Origin: Waterburya sp.
GTDB lineage: Bacteria > Cyanobacteriota > Cyanobacteriia > Cyanobacteriales > Xenococcaceae
Direction of reading: 5' to 3'
NCBI GenBank assembly: GCA_965217895.1
Contig: CBDCJV010000002.1
Location: 2,080,001 to 2,144,000 of the forward strand
Length of the DNA: 64,000 bases
The translations under genes were made by a program, and so were the position numbers. Below are positions 29,975-40,322 of the stretch, in pieces. The notes under the pieces were generated by a model. The model saw only the letters and a list, made by a program, of their open reading frames with translations. It did not search any database and was not told the origin of the DNA. Each line of letters opens with the position of its first letter. Position 1 is the first letter of the stretch.

Positions 29975-30165
29975 AAAGAGCGCAACGCGCAAGCGTTGCC
30001 AGTCGTCTTCGACGACGATCTGAGCCTGAAAGGCTCTGCGCTTTAGACCAACTTCGGAGTTACTTAATTGCTATCTGTTATCTGCGCGAACTGGAGTTCG
30101 CCGCCTTTCCGAAGGAAAGTCGAGCCGCTCCACGCGGCTGCTACTTAACTCCGAAGGAGTTGGTA
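29975..30165. repeat. Cluster of GC-rich hairpin mini-repeats
   Basis: Several short hairpins; accaacttcggagtta...taactccgaaggagttggt encloses an exact inverted copy of 3987-4025. Confidence 0.8.
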
Positions 30166-30271
30166 ATTTAGTTAACAATTGCTTAGTTTCTGAATTAATT
30201 TTAAATTATAGTAATCATAAAGGAAAACGCAGCTTTTTCAAACCTTTAAATTATAAATATTTTGGCGATAA

Positions 30272-30501
30272 TTATGATTTTTGGTTATAAATCAAGCTTT
30301 TTATTTCTCTAATCAAACCAGAATTGCCAAATAAGAGTACCAAAACAAGAATTCCTGAAGCAACAGGCGCGATCGCCTATTTTGGCAAGATAGAATGACT
30401 AATAGCATCTCCTCGCAACGCTAATCTTTGTACCATCAGGTAACTACCAGCGATCGCTGCACAAAGCCGTATTACAAGGGTTCAAATATGGTTTCTGACA
30501 T
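30272..30501 (-). pseudogene. Collapsed relic of a Mn/Zn/Fe ABC permease (MntB-like)
   Basis: Hand translation: MSETIFEPL*YGFVQRS / AIAGSYLMVQRLALRGDAISHSILPK* / AIAPVASGILVLVLLFGNSGLI; junctions at HIP1 30450-30457 and 30369-30376. Confidence 0.75.
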
Positions 30502-30534
30502 TTAAAATAAGGGATAAGCAATTATAGATACAGC

Positions 30535-30957
30535 ATGGAAGAATTAATTAAGCTACGAAAAAGTATTGAAAATAAAAACTATTTAAAAGCTCTGCAAATT
30601 GTCGATGAACTAGAGGAAATGTCGGTAGAAGACAAGCTTAATAAGATATATAGCTACATGATTGTTATACTTCTACACCTTATCAAGCAATCTGCTGAAA
30701 ATAAGCTAACAAGATCTTGGGAGCTTTCGATTGCTAACTCAGTCAAGCAAATTAATAGAACAAATAAAAGACGTAAAGCTGGTGGATATTATGCCCAACA
30801 ACAAGATTTAGAAGAAATAATCAACGATGCTTTTGACATTGCTTTAAAGGGGGCAGCTATAGAAGCGTTTGATGGTGACTACAGCCAAGAAGAAATTTTG
30901 AAGTTAATCGATCCCAAAGAAATTAAAAGCCAAGCACTCTGTTTAATTGATTATTAA
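30535..30957 (+). CDS. DUF29-family protein
   Basis: Clear paralog of 5615-6040. Confidence 0.8.
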   Translation: MEELIKLRKSIENKNYLKALQIVDELEEMSVEDKLNKIYSYMIVILLHLIKQSAENKLTRSWELSIANSVKQINRTNKRRKAGGYYAQQQDLEEIINDAFDIALKGAAIEAFDGDYSQEEILKLIDPKEIKSQALCLIDY

Positions 30958-31265
30958 TAATGCTAGTTAAAAGATAATTGATGTAATAAGAGATGATACT
31001 AAATCCTGTTGAGATACAACATTTAAAACTTAGGTAAAGGCAGAGAGCAGACTGTAGAGGCAAATGATTTTAGACATTCTTAAGAGACTGTTTGTAAAAA
31101 TAAAATTCTCCTGCTGTTGGGTAGGTTAGGTTTTATATTTAATTCTGCTTACTTACTTATGATTAAAGAAATAATTCCCCTGATTTTTAGCTGTTTTGCA
31201 AAGCATTAGTAGTCATGGGCTCGAGATGCGATCGCTTAATTATAATTTTCGTAAAAGATTAATAG

Positions 31266-33263
31266 TTAAAATCTCAACTGTAAATTAAGTTTGAAATATA
31301 GTTTTCCATCACTTTCCATAATTACCTTGCCATATCTATGTCTAGTTGTGGAAGGAGTATCCAGCTTTATATTTTTAAATAAATAAGACTTTAGACTTTC
31401 CAAGTCAATAATATGAAATGCTACTTGTTCACCAGATTCTTTGACTATAATAGTTCCATTTGATTCATAACTACCATTCCATTTACTACCTGCAAAAAAG
31501 CCTAATAAAGCATCTACTAAAAGATTTTTTACTTTACTGATTAAAAAGTTTTTATCTTCATATTTAATTTTATTAATTAAATTAGTATTTTCATGAACAT
31601 GATTAATAATTTTAGAAATAGAAGAAATCCTATATTTATAAAAAGTAAGCAGTATACTACCAATAATTTCAGGCATAGAAGAATCAACCATTTTAAGATT
31701 ATATTGCATAGTTGATTTTTCTGGAGCAATGTATTTAAATAATCCTCCATATTTTTCAATTGCTTCAATCCTATCTTTCAACTTAGTTTTGGTATTAATA
31801 GAATTAATTTCGTCTACGTTTTCCTTGTTCATATTCTCGATCTCAAATATAAAATTGGTATTGCCAGAAGCATTAAGTAGCGTTGGTTTACTTCCTAAAT
31901 AAGACTTGATACCAAATCCTTCATTTTCTTTTACCAAAACATCATTTTGAATATCTAAAAAAATATCTGCCTTTTGATTGCTTGTTCCACCTTTGATTAA
32001 TGTCAAACCTAAAGCATCTTGAATAATCTCAAAACTAGGAATGGCAAAGGTACTTTTACTCGTTTTTATTTGAAAAATCAAATCATTTAATATTTTGCTG
32101 TTGATTAATTTATCTATCTGAATTCTTTCTATTATAGCTGTATTTTTATTAAAGATTTCTAGTTGATTATTATCTATCAATAAAAACTCTAAGTTTATAT
32201 TTTTTCCAGTAACTTTTGTTACATTAAAATAATTATTTGTTGGATTAAGATTTTCGTCTGCAAGTATTATTTTCCGTTCAACTAAAATTCTGATAAAAGT
32301 TAGCAATTCTGACCACTCGCCTTTATTTTTAGTTTTCTTCATTATTGTTTGGTTATCATTTAAACTATTCATATAAGCAATAATATTTTTACCTACAGCT
32401 TTTACTGCATTAACTGCAACACTATTACCAAGTTGTTTGATGGCTTGAGTGGGACTAACAGGAAATTCAAAATTATCAGGAAAACCCTGCATTTTTTTTG
32501 CTTCAATGTAACTTAGCTTCTTAACTTCGCCATCAACCAAATATGAATCCCAATTACGGCGATCCTTAATATCTGAACCACGACCACCAATTCTTAAAGT
32601 GAATCCTATTTCTCTGCTACAAACACCACCCCATACATCACTCATCTTAAATTCCAAGGGCTGTTTAACAGGAAAATTGAATCCTTTAAAAAACGATTCA
32701 TCACGAAAACCCACCATGAAAGTTCTAGGTCTTAATTGAGGTAAACCATAATCTGATGCTTTGATAATTTGAAAATAAAATGAATAGCCCAAATCTATCT
32801 CTAAAATTTCACGAATTAGTTTAAAAGTTTTACCTCGATCGTGATTAACTAACCCTCTAACATTTTCTAAAAAGTATGCTTTTGGACGTTTGGCTTCCAA
32901 AATATCGGCAATATTAAAAAATAAATTGCCTCTCTCAGAATTATGAATATCATTAAAGCCTCTCTTATATCCTGCTTGGCTAAAAGGCTGACAAGGAAAA
33001 CCGGCACACAAAATATCAAAGTCAGGAATTTCATCAGGAACAACCTGTCTTATATCTTGGTTAAATAAACCAGATTCAAATAGTTGAGGCGAGATTTTTT
33101 GGAAATTATGAATATAGGTTTTTCTGGCATATTGGTCAATTTCCGATGCAAAAACGCATTTACCTCCTAAAGTGTGCATCGCCAAATGAAATCCGCCTAT
33201 TCCTGCAAACAGATCGATGAATTTAAATCTTTCTTGTTTCATACCAAATTTGATATTACACAA
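31266..33263 (-). CDS. Fused DNA (cytosine-5) methyltransferase and HpaII-family restriction endonuclease
   Basis: FAGIGG, GFPCQPFS, LENV, QLGNSV, then in-frame NKGEWSE...KAD...GIKSYLG..PTLLNAS..TN...KLNLQLRF. Confidence 0.88.
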   Translation of the reverse strand: MCNIKFGMKQERFKFIDLFAGIGGFHLAMHTLGGKCVFASEIDQYARKTYIHNFQKISPQLFESGLFNQDIRQVVPDEIPDFDILCAGFPCQPFSQAGYKRGFNDIHNSERGNLFFNIADILEAKRPKAYFLENVRGLVNHDRGKTFKLIREILEIDLGYSFYFQIIKASDYGLPQLRPRTFMVGFRDESFFKGFNFPVKQPLEFKMSDVWGGVCSREIGFTLRIGGRGSDIKDRRNWDSYLVDGEVKKLSYIEAKKMQGFPDNFEFPVSPTQAIKQLGNSVAVNAVKAVGKNIIAYMNSLNDNQTIMKKTKNKGEWSELLTFIRILVERKIILADENLNPTNNYFNVTKVTGKNINLEFLLIDNNQLEIFNKNTAIIERIQIDKLINSKILNDLIFQIKTSKSTFAIPSFEIIQDALGLTLIKGGTSNQKADIFLDIQNDVLVKENEGFGIKSYLGSKPTLLNASGNTNFIFEIENMNKENVDEINSINTKTKLKDRIEAIEKYGGLFKYIAPEKSTMQYNLKMVDSSMPEIIGSILLTFYKYRISSISKIINHVHENTNLINKIKYEDKNFLISKVKNLLVDALLGFFAGSKWNGSYESNGTIIVKESGEQVAFHIIDLESLKSYLFKNIKLDTPSTTRHRYGKVIMESDGKLYFKLNLQLRF

Positions 33264-33342
33264 ACTATTTATAACAGTATCAATTGTATTTAGGACAATA
33301 TTAACCTTGGAGATATTGCTTTATTTCAACTTTTACAAGAAA

Positions 33343-34437
33343 TTATCCATCGCTAATTATCAATTTAAGCAGTACCTCACCCATCTCTTTACAGCCTACC
33401 GCCTTCATCCCTGGTGACATAATATCTCCTGTACGGTAGCCACGATCCAAAACTCGGTTAACTACGTTCTCAATTTCGGTTGCGGCATCGGGGACATTTA
33501 AACCGTAACGCAACATCATCGCTGCACTAAGCACCTGTGCCAGAGGATTTGCTTTATCTTGTCCTGCAATGTCGGGTGCCGATCCGTGAACAGGCTCAAA
33601 TACTCCAGGTGTACCCGCACTGCCTAAGCTAGCAGAGGGTAACATTCCAATACTGCCCGTTAGCATCGCCGCAGCATCAGAAAGAATATCCCCAAATAAA
33701 TTACCTGTAACGATGGTATCAAACTGTTTGGGAGCGCGAACTAGCTGCATTGCTGCATTGTCTACGTATAAATGGCTTAACTCTACATCATTATAATCCT
33801 TTGCCATTGCCGTAACGCGATCGCGCCACAGTTGAGAAACGTCTAGTACATTAGCTTTATCAACCGAGCATAATTTACCGCTGCGTTTTTGAGCAGTTTC
33901 AAAACCGACTTTGGCAATGCGATCTATTTCACTAACGCTATACGCCATCGTATTAACGCCCCGTTTTTCTCCTGTTTCAGTTTCAAAAATCCCTTTCGGC
34001 TGTCCAAAATATATACCGCCAGTCAACTCTCGCACCACCATAATGTCTACTCCCTCTACTATTTCTCGCTTGAGAGAAGAAGCGTCAATTAGCTGAGGTA
34101 AAATAGTTGCTGGTCGAAGATTAGCAAACAATCTTAGTCCAGCACGCATTGCCAACAAGCCAGTTTCAGGACGTTTATTGCGGGGTAAGCTATCCCATTT
34201 ATAACCACCAATTGCCGCTAGCAAGACTGCATCACTTTGACGACAGGCTGTCAATGTTTGTTTGGGTAAAGGTTCTCCTGTCTCATCGATCGCAGCACCG
34301 CCAATCAAAGCCTCCGTAAAGGTAAACTTTAAATTATGTTTAGGTGCGATCGCCTTTAATACTTCCACCGCCACAGAAATAATTTCAGGGCCAATACCAT
34401 CCCCAGGAAGTAAAGTAATGTGGTGGTTTTTAGTCAT
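33343..34437 (-). CDS. leuB: 3-isopropylmalate dehydrogenase
   Basis: [39 protein letters not shown]; likely start MTKNHH at 34437. Confidence 0.97.
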   Translation of the reverse strand: MTKNHHITLLPGDGIGPEIISVAVEVLKAIAPKHNLKFTFTEALIGGAAIDETGEPLPKQTLTACRQSDAVLLAAIGGYKWDSLPRNKRPETGLLAMRAGLRLFANLRPATILPQLIDASSLKREIVEGVDIMVVRELTGGIYFGQPKGIFETETGEKRGVNTMAYSVSEIDRIAKVGFETAQKRSGKLCSVDKANVLDVSQLWRDRVTAMAKDYNDVELSHLYVDNAAMQLVRAPKQFDTIVTGNLFGDILSDAAAMLTGSIGMLPSASLGSAGTPGVFEPVHGSAPDIAGQDKANPLAQVLSAAMMLRYGLNVPDAATEIENVVNRVLDRGYRTGDIMSPGMKAVGCKEMGEVLLKLIISDG

Positions 34438-34538
34438 AATAGCTGTTGAACTTTTCTGAGAAATGCAATTTGGCAATAGCTATTAATTTACCATTTAGCA
34501 GTGACTCAAAAAGATAGAGTTAATTATTTTTGAAGTTG

Positions 34539-35210
34539 TCATACATCTACCCATTTGCGGAGAAGATTAGCAATACTCTTAGAAACTAGGTCAAATTCAG
34601 GAGTTTTGCCAGATTTAGCAAAGATAGCGCGACGAGCCGTATCTAAATCAAAGAGAATTTCGCGATCGCCCGCATCCCGAATTGTACTCTGTACCCAACC
34701 AACAGCAACTAACCTTATTCCCTGAGTCACAGAATTAACACGGTGCAGGGTAGTAGAAGGATAAACTATAGCCGAACCAGCTTCAAGTTTATAGCTTTGT
34801 TCTTCCTGCACTCCTTCAATGACTAGCTCTCCTCCTTCATAGTCTTGGGGCGAATTCAGAAATAAGGTAAAGGAAACATCAGAGCGACATAAGCTAGAGT
34901 TGCCCTTCATCAGCGCATTATCTATATGGGTGTCGTAAGACATTCCCTCGCTATAGCGACTAAAAAGCAATGAATGAACCGCTTTGGGACGAACTGTTGA
35001 TTGGAATAAAACATTGTCGGCTAAAGCAATACCAATCTTTCTTTGAAGTTCTTTTTGAAATGTTCCTGTTTTTAGTTGCTGATTGTTTTTAACTAACTTA
35101 GCGTGCCAACCTGCCGTCAGCTTACCATCAACAAATTCTGCTTGTTCTAAAACTTGTCTAATTTCGGCTAAATCTTCAGGAGAAAGAATTTGCTCAATTG
35201 AGAAAATCAT
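34539..35210 (-). CDS. PKHD-type Fe(II)/2OG dioxygenase (PiuC/YbiX family)
   Basis: DGKLTAG, HIDNA, YEGGEL, LHRV, R..LFDLD, NLLRKW. Confidence 0.92.
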   Translation of the reverse strand: MIFSIEQILSPEDLAEIRQVLEQAEFVDGKLTAGWHAKLVKNNQQLKTGTFQKELQRKIGIALADNVLFQSTVRPKAVHSLLFSRYSEGMSYDTHIDNALMKGNSSLCRSDVSFTLFLNSPQDYEGGELVIEGVQEEQSYKLEAGSAIVYPSTTLHRVNSVTQGIRLVAVGWVQSTIRDAGDREILFDLDTARRAIFAKSGKTPEFDLVSKSIANLLRKWVDV

Positions 35211-35445
35211 AACTTTTGACTTTTTAACTCTTGAAACTAAGTTGCTTTCATAGAGATAATATTATCTCGCGCAAAGGCGCAAAGGCGCAAAGAAAAACGC
35301 TGATAGTAAAGTTATAAGTTTAAATGCACATCAGCCTAGCTTGATGTCCTACACCTGAAGGACAAAGAATGCCAAAATGTATCATAGCAATGATCGATAA
35401 GCGGAGAATGATTTGTAGTTAATAACATTCTCCTGCACATCGAAC

Positions 35446-36285
35446 TTATTTGTTAAATTCGATCTGAGTTACTAGAGCAGAAATTTCACCAGGCTGTTTA
35501 ATCGGTTTTGCGGGTGGCTCAATAGATGGCCAAGCTGTTTTTAATTCTGCCAAACTATCGGTAATTATTTTATGTCCTTCTGGATCTGCCTGGCTTTTTT
35601 GGTCAGCTACGGTTTGATATAGCTCGTCGGCATAATAGACAAATCCTCTGGAATCTTGATACTCTACAACTTCGACAAACTGATTGTTGGCGATCGCTGC
35701 CTTGTATTCAGCATCTGCATTTTTCAGCATTTCTACCATCACCTCTAGCACAAATTCTGGAGAGTTGCGTTGTTCTTGGGGGACAGCAGCGATCGCTTCA
35801 TCAATAGAAGCCTCAGACTTAGCGAACAATGTTTTCATTTCAGGAGAATCAGGAGCAGATATTGCTAAATCATGTAGTTGATTTAAGGTTGGCTTAAAGT
35901 CGTTCACCCCCTTCTGCGGTAATACAGTTTCAATATCGCTATAAAGTTCTTCTACAGGATGACCAATATGAGGTTCAGCTTCTTCATAGTTTTTTTTAGC
36001 GATCAATTCTTTGGCTGCGAGCAAATGTCCTTTCATCAAACCTAGAGAAGTCATATAGTCTACATTGGGATCTCCAGTAGCAGTTCCATCTTCACCACCG
36101 CCCTCTGCACCCTCACCGCCTTCACCGCCTTCTGCACCTTGTGCCAAGAGTAAATAAGTTTGGGAAGTAGATGCCTCTAGCATATCATCAGTTTCATGAG
36201 CATTTGAGGGTAGAGCTTGAGTCCCCACTGCTGTTACAAAACCACAGGCTAAAAATAATTCTATAGTTTTAATTCGAGTAGACAT
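35446..36285 (-). CDS. Secreted helical protein, putative iron-binding component
   Basis: Signal peptide, GAEGGEGGEG linker, KGHL, HIGHPVEELY, EYQDSRGF; lies between MCO and PKHD genes. Confidence 0.55.
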   Translation of the reverse strand: MSTRIKTIELFLACGFVTAVGTQALPSNAHETDDMLEASTSQTYLLLAQGAEGGEGGEGAEGGGEDGTATGDPNVDYMTSLGLMKGHLLAAKELIAKKNYEEAEPHIGHPVEELYSDIETVLPQKGVNDFKPTLNQLHDLAISAPDSPEMKTLFAKSEASIDEAIAAVPQEQRNSPEFVLEVMVEMLKNADAEYKAAIANNQFVEVVEYQDSRGFVYYADELYQTVADQKSQADPEGHKIITDSLAELKTAWPSIEPPAKPIKQPGEISALVTQIEFNK

Positions 36286-36336
36286 AAATTTGAATTTGGC
36301 ATTTATACGTAATTGTTCTGAATTAGTAATTTACTA

Positions 36337-36359
36337 TTATTGCGAATTTAAGTCAATAA
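36337..36359. promoter_or_regulatory. Candidate Fur-type operator
   Basis: TTATTG-N11-CAATAA inverted repeat upstream of the putative iron gene. Confidence 0.4.
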
Positions 36360-36568
36360 TTTTAAAAATAGTAAATTTATTTTTAGGTTGAGCCAAATTA
36401 TGTATCTGATGTTACGCATTTATCGATCTGTGAAGACTGGGTAGTGAGGTGTTTGGGGTAATGAGGTATTTGTGGTGGTGAGGTGTTTGAGGTAATTACT
36501 CCAAAGATCGACCCTATCTTCTATACTCATTACTCACTACTCCATGACCCCATGCTGCGTAATATCAG

Positions 36569-37573
36569 TTATGTATCTTCAGGAATTACGTCAAAATAAC
36601 CCATACAGCCATATTCAGCAATATAGTCTTGATGGGGATGAAACATATATTTGCCAGGATACTTATAAGCAAATTCTAGAATGTGTCGCTCGGCTGTCCC
36701 CATCGTAATTACGTCACTTTCTTCATTGGGTTCTAGACTTCTGCCAGTACGATAAACCTGAAACATATTGGCATGAATATGAAAAGTGATAGCTGGATCG
36801 AACTCAATCATGTTGAGTACATAGAGACGAATCAATTGATTTTGATAAATGGGAATTGGATAATCGCGATAATAGTTAGGAATCCCATTAAAAGCGTATA
36901 GTTCGTTTTTGCCATCAGTATCAAGATCGTAAGCACCCATCACCATCACCATTTCATCTGCGGGAGGACGACCTTCGGGGGGATCGACAATAAACAAGCC
37001 ATATAAACCTTTACTTACATGACGAGTAACAGGAGCAACATGACAATGATAGGGATAAACACCATAAAGTTCGGCATCAAATTCATAGATCATTGTTTTG
37101 CCCCTACGTACAGATGTGACTCCATCCATTTCAACTGGGTGAGTGCCATGAAAATGCAGGCTATGAGAATGCCCATCTTCGTTATGGAAAATAATGCGAA
37201 CGCGATCGCCTTCTGTGGCTCTCAGGGTAGGGGCGGGAACGCGATTGTTTAAATTCCAGCTTACAAAAGTAATGGCACTATTAAGCTGTAAGGTCGTACT
37301 GTGAGCAGCAAGTTCAAATTCTCGGATGGTACGCCCAGCTTCTTCTTTGACTGTGCCATAGTTAAAATCTCGCAAAACTGCCATCGGCTCAAAACTTTGA
37401 GCTAATGAACTATTGGTTTGGGGAAGGGGAGGAATTTTGACTGGTTCAGCAGCCTTAACCTCGCTACTACAAAGCTTTAATGCCGTAGCAGAAATGCCTG
37501 CTGCTAATAAACCCCAGCGAATAACCTGCCGACGACTTCTCAGTTGACGGTCTAATGGGAATATATCTGACAT
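36569..37573 (-). CDS. Tat-exported two-domain multicopper oxidase
   Basis: SRRQVI Tat motif; HSLHFH, YHCH, FHIHA, FHPH copper ligands. Confidence 0.92.
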   Translation of the reverse strand: MSDIFPLDRQLRSRRQVIRWGLLAAGISATALKLCSSEVKAAEPVKIPPLPQTNSSLAQSFEPMAVLRDFNYGTVKEEAGRTIREFELAAHSTTLQLNSAITFVSWNLNNRVPAPTLRATEGDRVRIIFHNEDGHSHSLHFHGTHPVEMDGVTSVRRGKTMIYEFDAELYGVYPYHCHVAPVTRHVSKGLYGLFIVDPPEGRPPADEMVMVMGAYDLDTDGKNELYAFNGIPNYYRDYPIPIYQNQLIRLYVLNMIEFDPAITFHIHANMFQVYRTGRSLEPNEESDVITMGTAERHILEFAYKYPGKYMFHPHQDYIAEYGCMGYFDVIPEDT

Positions 37574-37812
37574 AAAAAATTATTTTATACGTGAACAAAT
37601 CTATAGAAAAGTGCTAATTAAATAATTGCATATTTTTCTTATTAAGGAAAATTTGGTTTACCGACCTCACTATAAATACGTAAACAGAAATTAATTTACC
37701 CTGACTACGATCGAATTAAGTATATTTTCGATTAGACTAATCGATATATCGGGAGTAAATTAGATCCGACTCAGATAAAGCTACGCAAATTTCTTCGGAG
37801 AAATAAATCAAA

Positions 37813-38853
37813 GTGGGTTTTCTTAATCGTTTTAATCTTTCGCGGGACATGGGTATCGATCTAGGTACTGCTAATACACTAATTTACGTATCCGGTAAGG
37901 GAATCGTCTTAGAAGAACCTTCTGTGGTGGCAATAGATCGCAAAACGGAAATCCCACAGGCATTTGGTAAAGAAGCAAAATTGTTGTTAGGTCGCTCTCC
38001 CGAACATATTCAGGCTTTGCGTCCGCTCAAAGATGGTGTAATTGCTGATTTTGATGCGACAGAAGCCATGATTCATGAGTTTGTCAAACGAGCTTATGAA
38101 GGCAAGCCCTTAGTTCATCCCCGCATGGTTATTGGTATTCCTAGCGGAGTTACCAAATTAGAGCGTCGTGCTGTAATTGAAGCAGCCTCTAATGCAGGGG
38201 CAAGAGAGGTAGATTTGATTGAAGAACCCCTCGCAGCAGCTATTGGCGCAGGATTACCTATTAGTGAACCCACAGGTAACATGATTGTCGATATTGGTGG
38301 TGGCACAACGGAGGTGGCGGTAATTAGCTCTCAGGGCAAAGTAATTAGCGAATCAATCCGCATTGCTGGAGATGAATTGAGCGAAGTAATTGCTAATCAG
38401 ATCAAAAGAGAGCATAAGCTAGCTATTGGCGAAAATACAGCCGAAGCGATCAAGTTCAAGCTAGGTTCAGCTTATCCTGTGGATGAAACTAACAATCGCA
38501 CCATAGAAGTAAGAGGTTTACACCTATTATCAGGCTTACCTCGCACTATTGAAGTTAGTGAATCAGAAATTCGCCAATGTTTACAAGAACCAGTCAAAAG
38601 TATTATTGAAACGATTAAACTTACCCTTGAGCAAACTCCCCCAGATTTAGCTGCGGATATTATTGACCGTGGCATTATGTTGGCTGGTGGAGGAGCATTA
38701 TTAAGGGGGTTAGACGTTTTAATTAGCCATGAAACAGGAATTGTCACTCATATTGCTGCTGAACCTTTAAAATGCGTCGTTTTAGGGACAGGTAGAGTAT
38801 TGGAAGATAAAACCTTAGATCGAGTATTTAGCGATCGCTCCATACTTATTTAA
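37813..38853 (+). CDS. mreB: Rod shape-determining protein MreB
   Basis: GIDLGTANT, DIGGGTTEVA, GGGALL. Confidence 0.97.
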   Translation: MGFLNRFNLSRDMGIDLGTANTLIYVSGKGIVLEEPSVVAIDRKTEIPQAFGKEAKLLLGRSPEHIQALRPLKDGVIADFDATEAMIHEFVKRAYEGKPLVHPRMVIGIPSGVTKLERRAVIEAASNAGAREVDLIEEPLAAAIGAGLPISEPTGNMIVDIGGGTTEVAVISSQGKVISESIRIAGDELSEVIANQIKREHKLAIGENTAEAIKFKLGSAYPVDETNNRTIEVRGLHLLSGLPRTIEVSESEIRQCLQEPVKSIIETIKLTLEQTPPDLAADIIDRGIMLAGGGALLRGLDVLISHETGIVTHIAAEPLKCVVLGTGRVLEDKTLDRVFSDRSILI

Positions 38854-38878
38854 ATCGTCATTACCAATTGGATGAAAT

Positions 38879-39625
38879 ATGGGTCGCTGGTGGGATAAAT
38901 TTGGTTTTCGCACAACAATAGTTATAGTGGCTTTAATTATTGCCCTCTTGATTAGACAAACTCAGGCTGCAATTTTATCAGAGATGTATTATTTTGTGGT
39001 CAGTCCTTTTCAGTCCCAAAAGCAGCTAACTCTAGAAGATAGACTAACCAACGCTCGTATTTTAGAGTTAGAACAGCGGGTAACAGAATTAGAACAGCAA
39101 AATAAGCAGCTAAAACAGTTGCTAAATTACAGTTCGACTCAAACAAGCAAAACTATAGCTGCACCAGTAATTAGCCGTAGTCGCGATCGCTGGTGGGAGC
39201 AAGTTACCCTAGGTAAAGGTAGCCAAGATAATATTAAACCAGGTTTTATCGTGTCGGGAATTGGCGGTTTGGTAGGTAGAGTTACCAGCGTTACTCCTCA
39301 CACTAGTAAAGTACTGCTAATTAGCGATGATACTAGTCGAGTTGGCGCAGTTATCAGCCGTAGTCGTCAATTGGGCTATGTTCAAGGTGAAAAAGCATCT
39401 AGTGTGGTGATGCACTTTTTTGAAGAGGTTACAGGCATTAAACCTGGAGATCAAATAGTCACTTCAAATCTGAGTAAGCTATATCCCCCTGGTTTACCTA
39501 TTGGCAAAGTAAAAGCTCAAGAACTAAAAGAAGAAGCCGTTTCGGAAATAGAAATAGAATTAACTGCACCTATTGATGTTTTGGAATGGGTTATTGTTCA
39601 GCCTTTTGAACCTAAAATTAAGTAA
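38879..39625 (+). CDS. mreC: Rod shape-determining protein MreC
   Basis: TM + coiled coil, GLVGRV, YPPGLPIG; follows mreB. Confidence 0.93.
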   Translation: MGRWWDKFGFRTTIVIVALIIALLIRQTQAAILSEMYYFVVSPFQSQKQLTLEDRLTNARILELEQRVTELEQQNKQLKQLLNYSSTQTSKTIAAPVISRSRDRWWEQVTLGKGSQDNIKPGFIVSGIGGLVGRVTSVTPHTSKVLLISDDTSRVGAVISRSRQLGYVQGEKASSVVMHFFEEVTGIKPGDQIVTSNLSKLYPPGLPIGKVKAQELKEEAVSEIEIELTAPIDVLEWVIVQPFEPKIK

Positions 39626-39675
39626 TAGGTAATCAGTAATCAGTTAGGGGCGAACGGCCGTTCGCTCGTACAGTA

Positions 39676-40224
39676 ATGCCTAGTAAAAAAACACCATCAA
39701 TAGACGTATTAAAAATTTTAAATGTCCTGTTTATTTTTGCTTCTGTAGTTATATGTTCTTTTTTAATGCTGTTGCATATTCCTGGAATGGAACTGTTAGG
39801 CACAAATCCTAATTGGCTGTTAATTTGGGTAGTTGCTTGGAGTATCAAGCGTAATATTTGGCAAGGTGCGATCGCAGGCTTAATGATCGGCTGTATCTAT
39901 GACGGTATAGTTGTTAGCACCCCTTCTTATATACTTAGTTTTGTTTTGGTTGGGGTGTTAACCTCTAGTCTGCAAAAGCAAAAATATATTGGAGAAGACT
40001 TTATCTCTGTAGCTTTTATTGTCTTTTTTATGACGATTCTGGCTGAAACAGTCTATGGATTGCAATATGCAAGATATCATTTTTTTAGTATCTCAGAAAT
40101 TATCGATAAGTATCAGCAGATAGCTATCATCTCGGCAATTATAAATAGTCTCTGGAGTCCAGCTTTTTATTATCCTTTTAATCTTTGGAATAATAGAATG
40201 ACCAAGAGAGCAAGTCAGTTTTGA
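39676..40224 (+). CDS. mreD: Rod shape-determining protein MreD
   Basis: Hydrophobic, PNWLLIWVVAWS; follows mreC. Confidence 0.92.
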   Translation: MPSKKTPSIDVLKILNVLFIFASVVICSFLMLLHIPGMELLGTNPNWLLIWVVAWSIKRNIWQGAIAGLMIGCIYDGIVVSTPSYILSFVLVGVLTSSLQKQKYIGEDFISVAFIVFFMTILAETVYGLQYARYHFFSISEIIDKYQQIAIISAIINSLWSPAFYYPFNLWNNRMTKRASQF

Positions 40225-40322
40225 GCTAACAAATGAAAAAGCAAAATGTAAAATAAAGCTGAAGTTAATAGCGATGTAAGAAATGGATATTGGATAACTA
40301 TAACCTATTTAAAATATTAAAA

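Noticed and set aside
29800..30200. Guanidine-I (ykkC) riboswitch upstream of the NitT/TauT SBP
   Set aside because: Conserved CTAGGGTTCC and AAAAGCCCGG motifs not seen; the hairpins match dispersed repeats
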